Source of the DNA: Candidatus Marinacidobacterium sp. | GTDB lineage: Bacteria; Acidobacteriota; Vicinamibacteria; Marinacidobacterales; Marinacidobacteraceae | Reading direction: 5' to 3' | NCBI GenBank assembly: GCA_965262645.1 | Contig: CBDHFO010000017.1 | Location: 1,252,134 to 1,316,133 of the forward strand | Length of the DNA: 64,000 nt | Shown: one piece after another, positions 55,485 to 64,000 of the stretch | How positions within the stretch are numbered: position 1 is the first letter of the stretch | Layout of the letters: every line of letters begins with the position of its first letter | Translations under genes and position numbers: made by a program | The notes under the pieces: model-generated | Database searches by the model: none | What the model was told of the DNA's origin: nothing | What the model saw: only the letters and a program-made list of their open reading frames with translations

Positions 55485-56264
55485 ATGGTTCGAGAGTCTG
55501 TCCGGCGCAGGCCACTACGGACCGTACGCGCCATCCTCGGCACCATTGGGATCGCCGCGGTTTTGCCGATTCTGCTGTTTCTCGGGGCGTTCCTGATGCC
55601 GCTAGGGGATGTCTTCAGCGGCCGGCATCGTCTTGGCTACGAGATCGGACGCCAGATCATTGCCGTTCTCTGGTTCGTTGGCGGAATCCGGATGCACGAA
55701 GTGGACCGGTGGCGTGTCGAACCGTTCCGTACTCGGGTGTACATGCCGAACCACCAGTCGCTGACGGACATGCCGCAGGTGCTCTACCTCCTGCCCAAAG
55801 CCAACGGAACGCTCATCAAGAAAGAGTCATTCCGGGTGCCGCTGCTCGGCTGGGGCCTCCGCGCCGCGGGATTCACGCCCGTGGATCGGTCGGGTGTGAA
55901 GGCAGCCCGAAAGAGCCTCGAAGCGGCGGTCACCGCTCTCAAGGGTGGTCGATCGTTCGTGATCGCGCCCGAAGGAACCCGTAGTCGCACCGGGGAACTT
56001 GGCCCGTTCAAAACGGGCGGATTCCGTCTCGCAATCCAGGCGGAGGTCCCGATCGTGCCCATCACGGTTACCGGGGCCAGGGACATCCTTCCCCCGCGCG
56101 GCAAGCTCATCTATCCGGGAACCATCCAGGTCCGGTATCACGACCCCATAGAGACCGAGGGAATCGACGGCCGGGACCGCCGGCAGATCGGGGCTCTGAT
56201 GGACCGGGTCCGGAACGCCATCCAGAGCGGGCTCGACGAAGGGGAGCCAACCGCCAGCGGATGA
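55485..56264 (+). CDS. plsC: 1-acyl-sn-glycerol-3-phosphate acyltransferase
   Basis: PNHQSLTD (HX4D) and FVIAPEGTRSRTG acyltransferase motifs. N-terminal TM. Confidence 0.8.
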   Translation: MVRESVRRRPLRTVRAILGTIGIAAVLPILLFLGAFLMPLGDVFSGRHRLGYEIGRQIIAVLWFVGGIRMHEVDRWRVEPFRTRVYMPNHQSLTDMPQVLYLLPKANGTLIKKESFRVPLLGWGLRAAGFTPVDRSGVKAARKSLEAAVTALKGGRSFVIAPEGTRSRTGELGPFKTGGFRLAIQAEVPIVPITVTGARDILPPRGKLIYPGTIQVRYHDPIETEGIDGRDRRQIGALMDRVRNAIQSGLDEGEPTASG

Positions 56265-56331
56265 TCGGTCAGAGCCAAAACGGCGGCCGAATGGAGCACC
56301 ACCCGGCGCACGCCGGCGTTCGAATTCGGCA

Positions 56332-56554
56332 CCAGCAGCCGGTGGCGAAACCCGCGCGGCCCAGTTCTCCCGGTGGGGGCTCGGCCGGCGATCCATCCCG
56401 GCTGAACCGCGTCGCTGCGCGCCGCTCATCGTTGCGTTTCAGTCGAAATACACCCGGGCCAGTTCTCCCGGTGGGGGCTCCTCCCTCACGCGCCTCGTCA
56501 GCCGGGCGCCTCGCCGGCCTCGGCGCTCACGTGGGTTCCGCCACCGGCTGTTAA
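56332..56554 (-). repeat. F1 hairpin repeat, copy 13, reverse orientation
   Basis: CCAGCAGCCGGTGGCGAAACCCGCGCGGCCCAGTTCTCCCGGTGGGGGC...GCGTTTCAGTCGAAATACACCCGGGCCAGTTCTCCCGGTGGGGGCTCCTCCCTCACGCGCCTCGTCAGCCGGG...GGGTTCCGCCACCGGCTGTTAA. Confidence 0.9.
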
Positions 56555-56684
56555 CCGCGTCGCTGCGCGCCGCTCATCGTTGCATTTCGGTCGAAATACA
56601 CCCGGTATTCCTCCCTCACGCGCCTTGTCAGCCCGGCGCCTCACCGGCCTCGGCGCTCACGTGGGTTCCGCCACCAACTACTAG
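56555..56684 (-). repeat. F1 repeat, copy 14 (partial, fused head-to-tail to copy 13), reverse orientation
   Basis: Restarts at CCGCGTCGCTGCGCGCCGCTCATCGTTGCATTTCGGTCGAAATACACCCGGTATTCCTCCCTCACGCGCCTTGTCAGCC...GGGTTCCGCCACCAACTACTAG. Confidence 0.85.
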
Positions 56685-56850
56685 AATCAACGCCTCCCGA
56701 CTCCTGATCGAGTCGTCCGGCGGGAGACCCCGGTGCCGTAAGGGGCGGTTTGCGACGCCTGGAGCACGCCAGCCGACCGCGCAGCGGTCCCAGGCCGGCA
56801 GCACCTTCCATCTACGCCGCCGATTTCGCTCCCCGTCCGTATTCCCCGCA

Positions 56851-58479
56851 TTGACCCATCTAGCAACAGAACATTTCGGTTTCGCCCGGAGTCGCCACGA
56901 CCTGCAGCTTGCCGGTATCCGCTACCCCCGCCGCATCTTCTGGAACCTCTCGAGCGCCGCGCTGACCCAGGAAGCCGTCTTTCGCGGGGAGGCGACTCTT
57001 GCGCACGGCGGGCCGATCGTGGTCCGTACCGGGGAGTTCACCGGCCGTTCGCCTTCCGACAAGTACGTGGTCGGCGGCCCGGCGACGAACGACGAGGTGT
57101 GGTGGGGCCCCCACAATCAGCCATTCCCGGAGTCGCGCTACGCGCAGTTGCGCTGGCGCCTCACCGCGTTCCTTCAGGGACGGGATCTGTTTGTCCAGGA
57201 CTGCTACGTGGGCGCCCATCCCCGCTTCCGCATGCCCCTGCGGGTCATCACCACGGAGGCCTGGCAGAGCCTGTTCGCGCGCAACATGTTCGTGCGGACG
57301 AGAGACCGCGACACGCTGGGGGAGCACCTGCCGGAGTACACGGTCATCGCAGCGCCCGGGTTCCGCGCCGCGCCGGATCAGGACGGCACCCGTTCCGAGG
57401 TCTTCGTCATCGTCAATTTCGAGCGGAAGGAAATCCTGATCGGCGGCACCGCCTATGCGGGCGAGATCAAGAAATCGGTGTTTTCGGTCATGAACTGGCT
57501 GATGCCGGAACGCGACGTATTGCCGATGCACTGCGCGGCGAACTGCGACGCCGACGGCGGCAATCTCGCCATCTTCTTCGGCCTCTCGGGAACCGGAAAA
57601 ACGACGCTTTCAGCGGATCCCGGAAGAACGTTGATCGGTGACGACGAGCACGGCTGGGGGGCTGACGGTGTCTTCAACTTCGAAGGCGGCTGCTACGCCA
57701 AGGTAATCCGGCTTTCCCGGACCGGGGAGCCGGAAATCCACGCCACCACCCGGAAGTTCGGCACCATTCTCGAAAACGTGGTGGTGCACGAGGACACCCG
57801 CCGGCTGGACCTCGACAGTGCGGAGTTCACCGAAAACACCCGCGCCTCGTACCCCGTGACCCACATCCCGAGCGCTTCCAGGACGGGGGCCGGTGGACAA
57901 CCCGAAGTCGTGCTGATGTTGACCGCCGACGCCTTCGGCGTACTTCCTCCCATCTCGCGGCTGACCGCCGAGCAGGCCATGCATCACTTCCTCTCCGGCT
58001 ACACCGCAAAGGTCGCCGGGACGGAACGGGGAATCAAGGAACCCCAAGCGACGTTCAGCGCCTGCTTCGGAGCGCCGTTCATGACGCGGCGGCCCGAGGC
58101 GTACGCGCGCTTGCTGGGACGCCGCATCGAGGATAACGACGTGCGGTGCTATCTCGTGAACACCGGCTGGGCCGGCGGTCCCTGCGGGGTTGCCGACCGC
58201 ATGCCCCTCGCCCTGACGCGCCAACTGGTCCGGGGGGCGCTGAGCGGAGAAATCGATCGGGCGGGGTTCAGCCGGGAACCGGTCTTCGGTCTCGACATTC
58301 CCCGTGAATGCCCCGGCGTTCCTTCCCGGGTGCTCGATCCTCGCCAGACCTGGGATGACGGGTCGGCCTACGACCGGCAGGCACAGCAGCTCTCCGAAAT
58401 GTTCGAGGAGAACGCGAAACAGCTCGGAATCCCGGCGGCCCCGGCAGCCAGCGAGATCACGCTCGTCCCGACCGGATGA
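56851..58479 (+). CDS. pckA: phosphoenolpyruvate carboxykinase (ATP)
   Basis: GRSPSDK, FFGLSGTGKTTLSADP, IGDDEHGW and the NTGW..G motif. TTG start as given by the ORF track. Confidence 0.9.
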   Translation: MTHLATEHFGFARSRHDLQLAGIRYPRRIFWNLSSAALTQEAVFRGEATLAHGGPIVVRTGEFTGRSPSDKYVVGGPATNDEVWWGPHNQPFPESRYAQLRWRLTAFLQGRDLFVQDCYVGAHPRFRMPLRVITTEAWQSLFARNMFVRTRDRDTLGEHLPEYTVIAAPGFRAAPDQDGTRSEVFVIVNFERKEILIGGTAYAGEIKKSVFSVMNWLMPERDVLPMHCAANCDADGGNLAIFFGLSGTGKTTLSADPGRTLIGDDEHGWGADGVFNFEGGCYAKVIRLSRTGEPEIHATTRKFGTILENVVVHEDTRRLDLDSAEFTENTRASYPVTHIPSASRTGAGGQPEVVLMLTADAFGVLPPISRLTAEQAMHHFLSGYTAKVAGTERGIKEPQATFSACFGAPFMTRRPEAYARLLGRRIEDNDVRCYLVNTGWAGGPCGVADRMPLALTRQLVRGALSGEIDRAGFSREPVFGLDIPRECPGVPSRVLDPRQTWDDGSAYDRQAQQLSEMFEENAKQLGIPAAPAASEITLVPTG

Positions 58480-59258
58480 GCGGTTCCGAACGAATCCCCG
58501 AACGAATTCCCGAACGAATTCCCGAACGAATTCTTGTCCTCCTCCGCCACGGGGAGAGCGTCTGGAATCGGAAGAACCGCTTCACCGGTTGGACCGACGT
58601 AGCGCTCACCGAAACCGGGCGGGAGCAGGCGCGCCGGGCCGGCGAAGAACTGCGGGATGCCGGAATCGTTCCGGCGGTTGCGCACACCTCCGTCCTCCAG
58701 CGCGCCATTCACACGCTCGAGGAGGTCCTGGTCCGGCTGGAGTCTCCGGCGATCCCGACCCGGTACGCCTGGGAACTGAACGAACGGCACTACGGGGCGC
58801 TCCAGGGGAAGGGCAAGGCGGAAACGGAACGCGAGTTCGGCCCGGAAAGGACACTTTCCTGGCGGCGCAGCTTCGCTGACCGGCCACCCCTGGTGGATTT
58901 CGACGATCCGCGGAATCCGCGATTCGACGAGCGTTACGCGGCGGTTCCCGATGAGCGGCTACCTCGCGGGGAATCCCTTCAGGACACCGGGCGCCGGGTC
59001 ATTCCTTACTGGGAGCAGCGAATCGTTCCGGATCTCGCCTCGGGTCCGGTTCTGGTGGTCGCCCACGGCAACAGCCTGCGCGCGCTGATCATGCACCTCG
59101 AGGCCTTGGGACCTGCGGAAATCCAGCGAACGAACATTCCGACCGGCATGCCGCTCGTGTACCGTCTCGGCGAGGCGCTGAAGGTGATCGGCCGGCGCTA
59201 TCTCGCAGGCGAACGAGAACTCGCGGCCGGAATCGCCAAGGCGATCCGGCGTCCCTGA
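58476..59258 (+). CDS. gpmA: 2,3-bisphosphoglycerate-dependent phosphoglycerate mutase with (ERIP)4 N-terminal extension
   Basis: LVLLRHGESVWNRKNRFTGWTDV..LTE.G..QA and ...AHGNSLRAL motifs. The ATG overlaps the pckA stop (ATGA). No alternative start lies between the repeat and the RHGES motif. Confidence 0.88.
   Translation: MSGSERIPERIPERIPERILVLLRHGESVWNRKNRFTGWTDVALTETGREQARRAGEELRDAGIVPAVAHTSVLQRAIHTLEEVLVRLESPAIPTRYAWELNERHYGALQGKGKAETEREFGPERTLSWRRSFADRPPLVDFDDPRNPRFDERYAAVPDERLPRGESLQDTGRRVIPYWEQRIVPDLASGPVLVVAHGNSLRALIMHLEALGPAEIQRTNIPTGMPLVYRLGEALKVIGRRYLAGERELAAGIAKAIRRP
58486..58533 (+). repeat. 12-nt tandem repeat x4 (CCGAACGAATTC) inside the gpmA 5' coding region
   Basis: CCGAACGAATCC CCGAACGAATTC CCGAACGAATTC CCGAACGAATTC, in frame, encoding SERIPERIPERIPERIL. 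Confidence 0.9.
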
Positions 59259-59269
59259 AGGCCACCTCG

Positions 59270-59307
59270 GCGGGCGGACCGCGCCGCCCGCTTCTCCGCG
59301 TTTTTTT
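59270..59307. terminator. candidate bidirectional intrinsic terminator between gpmA and the flotillin gene
   Basis: GCGGGCGG-ACCGCG-CCGCCCGC is an 8-bp GC stem at 59270..59291. A 9-nt spacer and T7 (59301..59307) follow. The spacer before the T-run weakens the call. Confidence 0.45.
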
Positions 59308-59327
59308 GTAGCCTCAGCGGGCCGTCG

Positions 59328-60626
59328 TCAATGACCCTTGTGCCCTAGCGGGCCCCGGGCTGAACCGCGCTTCGCTCCACCCTCGTCGTCGTCGCCGTTT
59401 CCGCTGCCGCGGAGCAGCGCCGGCACGTCCACGCCCGTCGAAGTCTTCAACTGCTCCAGAAAGGCAGCGATGGAACCGGTGAGGCCGCGCACGTGGTTCG
59501 GAAGCGCGTCGCCGCCCCCGGAATCCACCACCGTGAGTCTTTCGACATGGAGGTTGTCGTGGAGCACGTGGGTCACCTTGTCGAGGAGCTGGGGAAGCAT
59601 CTGCAGCAGCATGATTTCCCGGGTCGTGTCGTCGGTCCACTGGGCCTTGATCTCGGCCAGGGCCTGGGCGGTCGCTTTCCCGTTCTCCCGGATACGGGAC
59701 GCCTCTCCCCGGGAGGTCAGCTCCTGGGCCTGACTCGCCGCTTCGGCCGGGACGATGGTGTTGGCGCTCTCCCGCAGCTTGTTGCGCTCCACCCGGATGG
59801 CTTCGAGCCGGCGCTCTTCCTCGACGCGCGACATGCGCTTCGCCACTTCGGCGACCTGCTCGGCCTGATTCGCGGTGGCCGCCCGCTCGGCCCGCCGCAT
59901 CCGGACGCGGTGTTCGGCGTCCACAATGGCCTCTTCCGCCTTCGTCTCGGCGACCACCGCGTCCATCCTGGCGTTCGCCGCGACATCCCGCGCCTCGGAG
60001 TCGGCCCGGGCCTCGGCCACCTTGGCATCCCGCCTGACCATGGCGCTGCGCTTCCGCCCGATGGCGTCGAGGTACCCCTCGGTGTCGGACAGGTTCTGGA
60101 TCTTGAAGGTGTCGAGCACCAGGCCGAGCTGCGAGAAGTCCTTCTGCGCGGATTCGGACACCGCCTCGGCGACCCCCAGGCGTTCGGCGTTCGCCTCCTC
60201 GGGGGACCGGGTCGCGAGCACTCCGCGCAGGCTTCCCTCGAGCGTCTGCCTCGCCACGGACTGGATTTCGTGCTGACTCCTGCCGAGGAAACGCTCCACG
60301 GCGTTTTCGAGCCCGCCCTTCGGATCGCCGGAAATCTTCACGGTCGCCATGCCGTCCACGTTGAGGGAAATCATTCCGGCGGAGAGCGCCTTCTTGACCG
60401 TCACATCAATGGGAATGGTGTTCAGGGAGATCCGCGACACCGTTTCGAGGAGGGGCCGGCGGAAACCGCGGCCGCCCCGAACGATCCGGTATCCCTTCTT
60501 CCTTCCCGAAAAGATCACCGCCTCGTTGGGGGCGCAGACCACCACGTGGGCGCGGATGAAGATGACGATCGCCAGTATTCCGGTTATCCCGAGGGCAAGG
60601 GCGATTCCAATGGTTCCTGGGGTCAT
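59328..60626 (-). CDS. flotillin-like SPFH/band-7 domain protein
   Basis: N-terminal TM (IGIALALGITGILAIVIFI), then an SPFH core (...APNEAVIFSGRK.GYRIV.GG..F..PL...). A long Ala/Glu/Arg-rich coiled region (AEARADSEARDVAA...AEQVAEVAKRMSRVEEERR) is typical of flotillins. Confidence 0.75.
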   Translation of the reverse strand: MTPGTIGIALALGITGILAIVIFIRAHVVVCAPNEAVIFSGRKKGYRIVRGGRGFRRPLLETVSRISLNTIPIDVTVKKALSAGMISLNVDGMATVKISGDPKGGLENAVERFLGRSQHEIQSVARQTLEGSLRGVLATRSPEEANAERLGVAEAVSESAQKDFSQLGLVLDTFKIQNLSDTEGYLDAIGRKRSAMVRRDAKVAEARADSEARDVAANARMDAVVAETKAEEAIVDAEHRVRMRRAERAATANQAEQVAEVAKRMSRVEEERRLEAIRVERNKLRESANTIVPAEAASQAQELTSRGEASRIRENGKATAQALAEIKAQWTDDTTREIMLLQMLPQLLDKVTHVLHDNLHVERLTVVDSGGGDALPNHVRGLTGSIAAFLEQLKTSTGVDVPALLRGSGNGDDDEGGAKRGSARGPLGHKGH

Positions 60627-60695
60627 GAAAGGGCCTCCCTGGTCGCTGGCCGGACACTCGAATTCGAGGTCCGGCGGCGGGATTCCTCACGAGAA

Positions 60696-62111
60696 TCAAC
60701 AGTCATAGTAGAGAGCGAACTCCGCCGGGTGCGGACGCTGGTCCAAGTAGGCGAGCTCGTGGCTCCGCTTGTAACGCACCCAGGTCTCGATGACATCCGG
60801 CGTGAAGACATCGCCCCGCAGCAGGTAGTCGTTGTCCTCTTCCAGGGCGTCGAGCGCCGCCTTCAGCGTCGGCGGCGTGTCGCCGATCTTGCGCTGCTCC
60901 TCTTCGGGCATCTCGTAGAGGTCGCGGTCCACCGGATCGGGAGGCACGATGCGATTCTTCATGCCGTCTATCCCGGCCATCATGATGGCGGAAAACGCCA
61001 GGTACGGGTTGGCGCTCGGGTCGGGACAGCGGAACTCGATCCGCTTCGCGCCGGGACTTGCCGAGTACATGGGGATCCGGATCGCCGCCGAGCGGTTGCG
61101 CTGGGAGTAGACGAGCTTCACCGGAGCTTCGAACCCGGGAACGAGGCGCCGGTAGGAGTTGGCCGTGGGACAGGTGAAGGCCAGGAGCGACCCCGCGTGT
61201 TTCAGGATGCCGCCGATGAAGTGAATCCCCATATCGCTGAGGCCAGCGTACCCGTCGGCATCGTAGAAGAGGTTCTGCCCCTTCCTCCACAGGCTCATGT
61301 GGCAGTGCATTCCGGAACCGTTGTCACCGAAGAGCGGCTTCGGCATGAAGGTCGCGGTTCTTCCATGCCGGTGGGCGGTGTTCTTCACGACGTACTTGAA
61401 CTTCATCATGGCGTCCGACATGTGGCTGAGGGTTTGGTACTTGAGCCCGATCTCGCACTGCCCGCCGCTTCCGACTTCCTGGTGGTGCAGTTCCGCATCG
61501 ACCCCGCAGTCCCGCAGATTGGTCACCATCTGGGAGCGCACGTCCTGATAGGGATCCGTGGGCGGCATCCGGAAATAGCCCTGCTTCAGGCCCGGCTTGT
61601 GGCCGAGGTTCGGGTTTTCGACGCGTCCGACGTTCCAGGCGCCGCTGCCGGAGTCCACGTGATAGAAGGCCTCGTTCACGGTCTGATCGAACCGGACATC
61701 GTCGAAGATATAGAACTCCGCTTCCGGGCCCACGAAACACGTATCCGCAATCGAGGAAGTCTCCAGAAAACGCGTGGCCTTCTCGACGATGTTCCGCGGA
61801 TCGCGTGAGTACAGGCTGAGGTCCACCGGATCCTTGACGTTGCAGATGAAGACCATCGTCGGATCCTTGTAGAAAGGATCGATGAAGCCGCTGTCCGGAT
61901 CGGGGCGGAGCAGCATGTCGCTGTTTTCGATGCCCTGGAAGCCGCGTACCGACGAACCGTCGAAGCCGATCCCATGGACGAACATGTCCTCGTCAAAGGC
62001 CTCGATGGCGTAGGAAATGTGGCGCCAGCCGCCCAGGAGGTCGGTGAAGCGGAAGTCCACGAACCGGATCTTCTGGTCGGTGATGACGCGGCGGACGTCG
62101 CGAAGAGACAT
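60696..62111 (-). CDS. glnA: glutamine synthetase, type I
   Basis: IRFVDFRFTDLLG..., ...GSGMHCHMSLW..G.NLF and NSY.RLVPG.EAP....S..NRSA.IRIP motifs. 471 aa. Confidence 0.92.
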   Translation of the reverse strand: MSLRDVRRVITDQKIRFVDFRFTDLLGGWRHISYAIEAFDEDMFVHGIGFDGSSVRGFQGIENSDMLLRPDPDSGFIDPFYKDPTMVFICNVKDPVDLSLYSRDPRNIVEKATRFLETSSIADTCFVGPEAEFYIFDDVRFDQTVNEAFYHVDSGSGAWNVGRVENPNLGHKPGLKQGYFRMPPTDPYQDVRSQMVTNLRDCGVDAELHHQEVGSGGQCEIGLKYQTLSHMSDAMMKFKYVVKNTAHRHGRTATFMPKPLFGDNGSGMHCHMSLWRKGQNLFYDADGYAGLSDMGIHFIGGILKHAGSLLAFTCPTANSYRRLVPGFEAPVKLVYSQRNRSAAIRIPMYSASPGAKRIEFRCPDPSANPYLAFSAIMMAGIDGMKNRIVPPDPVDRDLYEMPEEEQRKIGDTPPTLKAALDALEEDNDYLLRGDVFTPDVIETWVRYKRSHELAYLDQRPHPAEFALYYDC

Positions 62112-62120
62112 GGGAAACCG

Positions 62121-62462
62121 TCAGCCGACAGCCTGCGAGCCGCGCTCACCGGTTCGAATCCGGATGCAGTCGTGGAGGTCGGTGACGAAGATCTTCCCGT
62201 CGCCGGCCTGTCCCGTTTGCGCGGCCCGCAGGATCGCCTGCACCGCACGTTCCACGAAGTCCTCGTTCACCGCAACGTCAATGCGGACGCGCTTCAGGAT
62301 GTTCACCTGCGTCTGCACCCCGCGGAAGGTGGCTTCGTATCCCTTCTGGGTTCCGTGGCCGACTCCCGCGGTAATCGAGAACTTGTTGATCTGTGCGCCG
62401 AAGAGTTCCTCCTGAACCAGGGGAACCACTTCGGGTTGCACCAGGGCGGTGACTAGCTTCAT
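62121..62462 (-). CDS. glnB: P-II nitrogen regulatory protein
   Basis: 113 aa. T-loop region GVGHGTQKGYEATFRG and C-terminal TGQAGDGKIFVTDL...IRIRTGE. Sits between amt and glnA. Confidence 0.85.
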   Translation of the reverse strand: MKLVTALVQPEVVPLVQEELFGAQINKFSITAGVGHGTQKGYEATFRGVQTQVNILKRVRIDVAVNEDFVERAVQAILRAAQTGQAGDGKIFVTDLHDCIRIRTGERGSQAVG

Positions 62463-62490
62463 GTCGTAACAGCCTTGAAAAAAGTTCCCG

Positions 62491-63807
62491 TCAGGAACCC
62501 AGAATCTGGAAGCCGGTGTAGGACTCCATCCCGTGCTCGTTCATGTCGAGACCGCGGATCTCCTCCATCCGATCCACGCGAAGGCCGAGCACGGCCCTGA
62601 TGGCGATGAACACCATCCCCATGGAGATGAACACGAACAAACCGGATGCAAAGGTGCCGAGCGCCTGGATGCCGAGCTGCTCGAACCCTCCGCCATAGAA
62701 GAGGCCCTCTCTGGCGAGTCCGAGCGCTTCCCGTCCCCAGAGCCCGACCGTCAGCGTTCCCCAGATGCCGCAGAGGCCGTGCACCGGGAAGGCGCCGCAG
62801 GGGTCGTCCACCTTGATGATGTTCATGAGCCGCTCGCCGAGAACGATCACGAACCCGCCCGTCACGCCGATCCAGATGGCGGACGCGGGACTCACCACCG
62901 CGCAGGACGCGGTAATGGAAACGAGGCCGGCGAGCGCCCCGTTCATCGTGAAGAAGAGGTCAGGCTTGCCGAACAGGGTCCAGGAAAGGAAGGTCGTGGT
63001 CACCGCTCCGGCCGCGGCCGCGAGGTTGGTATTGATCGCGATCAGGGAGATCAACTCTCCGTCACCGACCGCGAGGGCGGATCCGGGGTTGAAGCCGAAC
63101 CAGCCGAACCAGAGGATGAAGACGCCAAGGGATGCCAGCGGTACGGAATGGCCCGGAATGGCATTCGCGGTGCCGTCGGCGTTGAAACGCCCCAGCCGCG
63201 GCCCCAGGAGCATGGCGCCGACCAGAGCCGTCGCGCCTCCGGTGAGGTGGACGACCGTGGAGCCCGCGAAGTCGAAGAAATCGAGCTGGGCGAGCCAACC
63301 CCCACCCCAGGTCCAGTGGCCGACGATCGGGTAGATGAACGAGGAAATGATGAAGGAGTAGGCGAGATAGGCGGGGAACTTCATCCGCTCCGCCATTCCG
63401 CCGGCCACGATGGTCGCGGCCGCGCCGCAAAACGCCGCCTGGAACAACCAGAAGGCCCAGATCGGTACGTCAGCGCCCGACTCGGCGCCCACCAGGAAGA
63501 AACCGCTGGTTCCGAAGAAGGGGTTTCCCTCCGAGAACATGATGGCGTAGCCGAACACGAAGAACCCGATCGACGCCATGCAGTAGTCGAGGAAGTTCTT
63601 CGTGAGGATGTTGCAGGTGTTTTTGGCCCGGATGAACCCCGCCTCGAGCATCCCGAACCCGGCCTGCATGAGGAACACCAGGAACGCCGAGATCAACACG
63701 AAGAGGGTGTCGAGCCCTACGGTGCTCACGCCCCCGTCGTCCTGCGCAAACGCCGGTGCGGCCAGCAGGAGCGCGGCCAACCCGATCAGCGGAATTCGCT
63801 TCAGCAT
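62491..63807 (-). CDS. amtB: ammonium transporter (Amt family)
   Basis: Signal peptide MLKRIPLIGLAALLLAAPAFAQ. FLMQAGFGMLEAGF, DFAGSTVVHL.GG, GWFGFNPGS and VHG.CG.WG motifs. AGGAGG precedes the ATG at 63807. Confidence 0.9.
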   Translation of the reverse strand: MLKRIPLIGLAALLLAAPAFAQDDGGVSTVGLDTLFVLISAFLVFLMQAGFGMLEAGFIRAKNTCNILTKNFLDYCMASIGFFVFGYAIMFSEGNPFFGTSGFFLVGAESGADVPIWAFWLFQAAFCGAAATIVAGGMAERMKFPAYLAYSFIISSFIYPIVGHWTWGGGWLAQLDFFDFAGSTVVHLTGGATALVGAMLLGPRLGRFNADGTANAIPGHSVPLASLGVFILWFGWFGFNPGSALAVGDGELISLIAINTNLAAAAGAVTTTFLSWTLFGKPDLFFTMNGALAGLVSITASCAVVSPASAIWIGVTGGFVIVLGERLMNIIKVDDPCGAFPVHGLCGIWGTLTVGLWGREALGLAREGLFYGGGFEQLGIQALGTFASGLFVFISMGMVFIAIRAVLGLRVDRMEEIRGLDMNEHGMESYTGFQILGS

Positions 63808-64000
63808 CAGGACCTCCTCCTGGGGAGCGCCATTGGTAGGGATTCCGCAACCCGGCCGGAAATCCCCTCTCTCGCGCGGGGAGATTATGGCCGGAGCGGG
63901 TTCCCGGTCAAGAGTTGCACGCAGCACGGATGGCGCGGCCCCGGAGAACGCCCGGTCTTCAAACCGGCGCCGCGGCCCGACAGGGCCGCGAAACGCGCCC

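Overview
This is a high-GC segment of a diderm bacterial chromosome; BamA and TamB are present. The gene style resembles Gemmatimonadota-like lineages, but that is inference only.

Coding content is almost entirely housekeeping:
- Rieske protein plus a probable cytochrome b start.
- A trpD-C-F-B-A string ending in a DAHP synthase.
- Two paralogous secreted amidases.
- An FmdB zinc ribbon followed by three tandem secreted TPR paralogues.
- An 1198-aa TPR/FG-GAP/ASPIC protein, an ABC-F ATPase, RNase HI and PhzF.
- A long minus-strand string: carboxyltransferase, biotin carboxylase, BCCP, TamB, BamA, a SurA-like protein, then a sigma-70 factor.
- Transaldolase, HslVU, glycerate kinase, GYF-AIM24, NUDIX and a BNR/sortilin-like protein.
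- A Spy/CpxP-like protein, DUF3467, Trm112-like, CarD, PlsC, PckA, GpmA and flotillin.
- GlnA, PII and Amt, plus tRNA-Met(CAU) and tRNA-Leu(CAA).

I saw no CRISPR array, reverse transcriptase, transposase, integrase or recognisable defence genes.

Two things stand out.
1. Nearly every intergenic gap over about 100 nt is filled by hairpin-forming repeats.
   - Family F1 has 16 full or partial copies, about 80-240 nt each. Forward orientation reads CAGCCTGTGGTGGAACCCGGGTGAGCGCCGAG...GGCTGACAAGGCGCGTGAGGGAGGA...CGACCGAAACGCAACGCAGA...CAGCCGGGATGCATCGCC...GGGTTTCGCCACAGGCTG.
   - Family F2 has three copies and a fragment. There is also one 569-bp TIR element, F3.
   - All three families carry a 19-22-nt core box, CCCCCACCGGGAGAACTGG.
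   - The F1/F2 termini (TTAA, CTAG, TTAG) coincide with the stop codons of 8 genes and abut a ninth.
   - Arm pairing in the clearest copies is kept by G-T wobbles on one strand only.
2. An AhpD/CMD-family gene has an in-frame TGA at the second Cys of its CxxC motif, followed by a SECIS-like hairpin. I call it a selenoprotein rather than a pseudogene.

All calls come from reading the sequence and the ORF translations. No searches were run.
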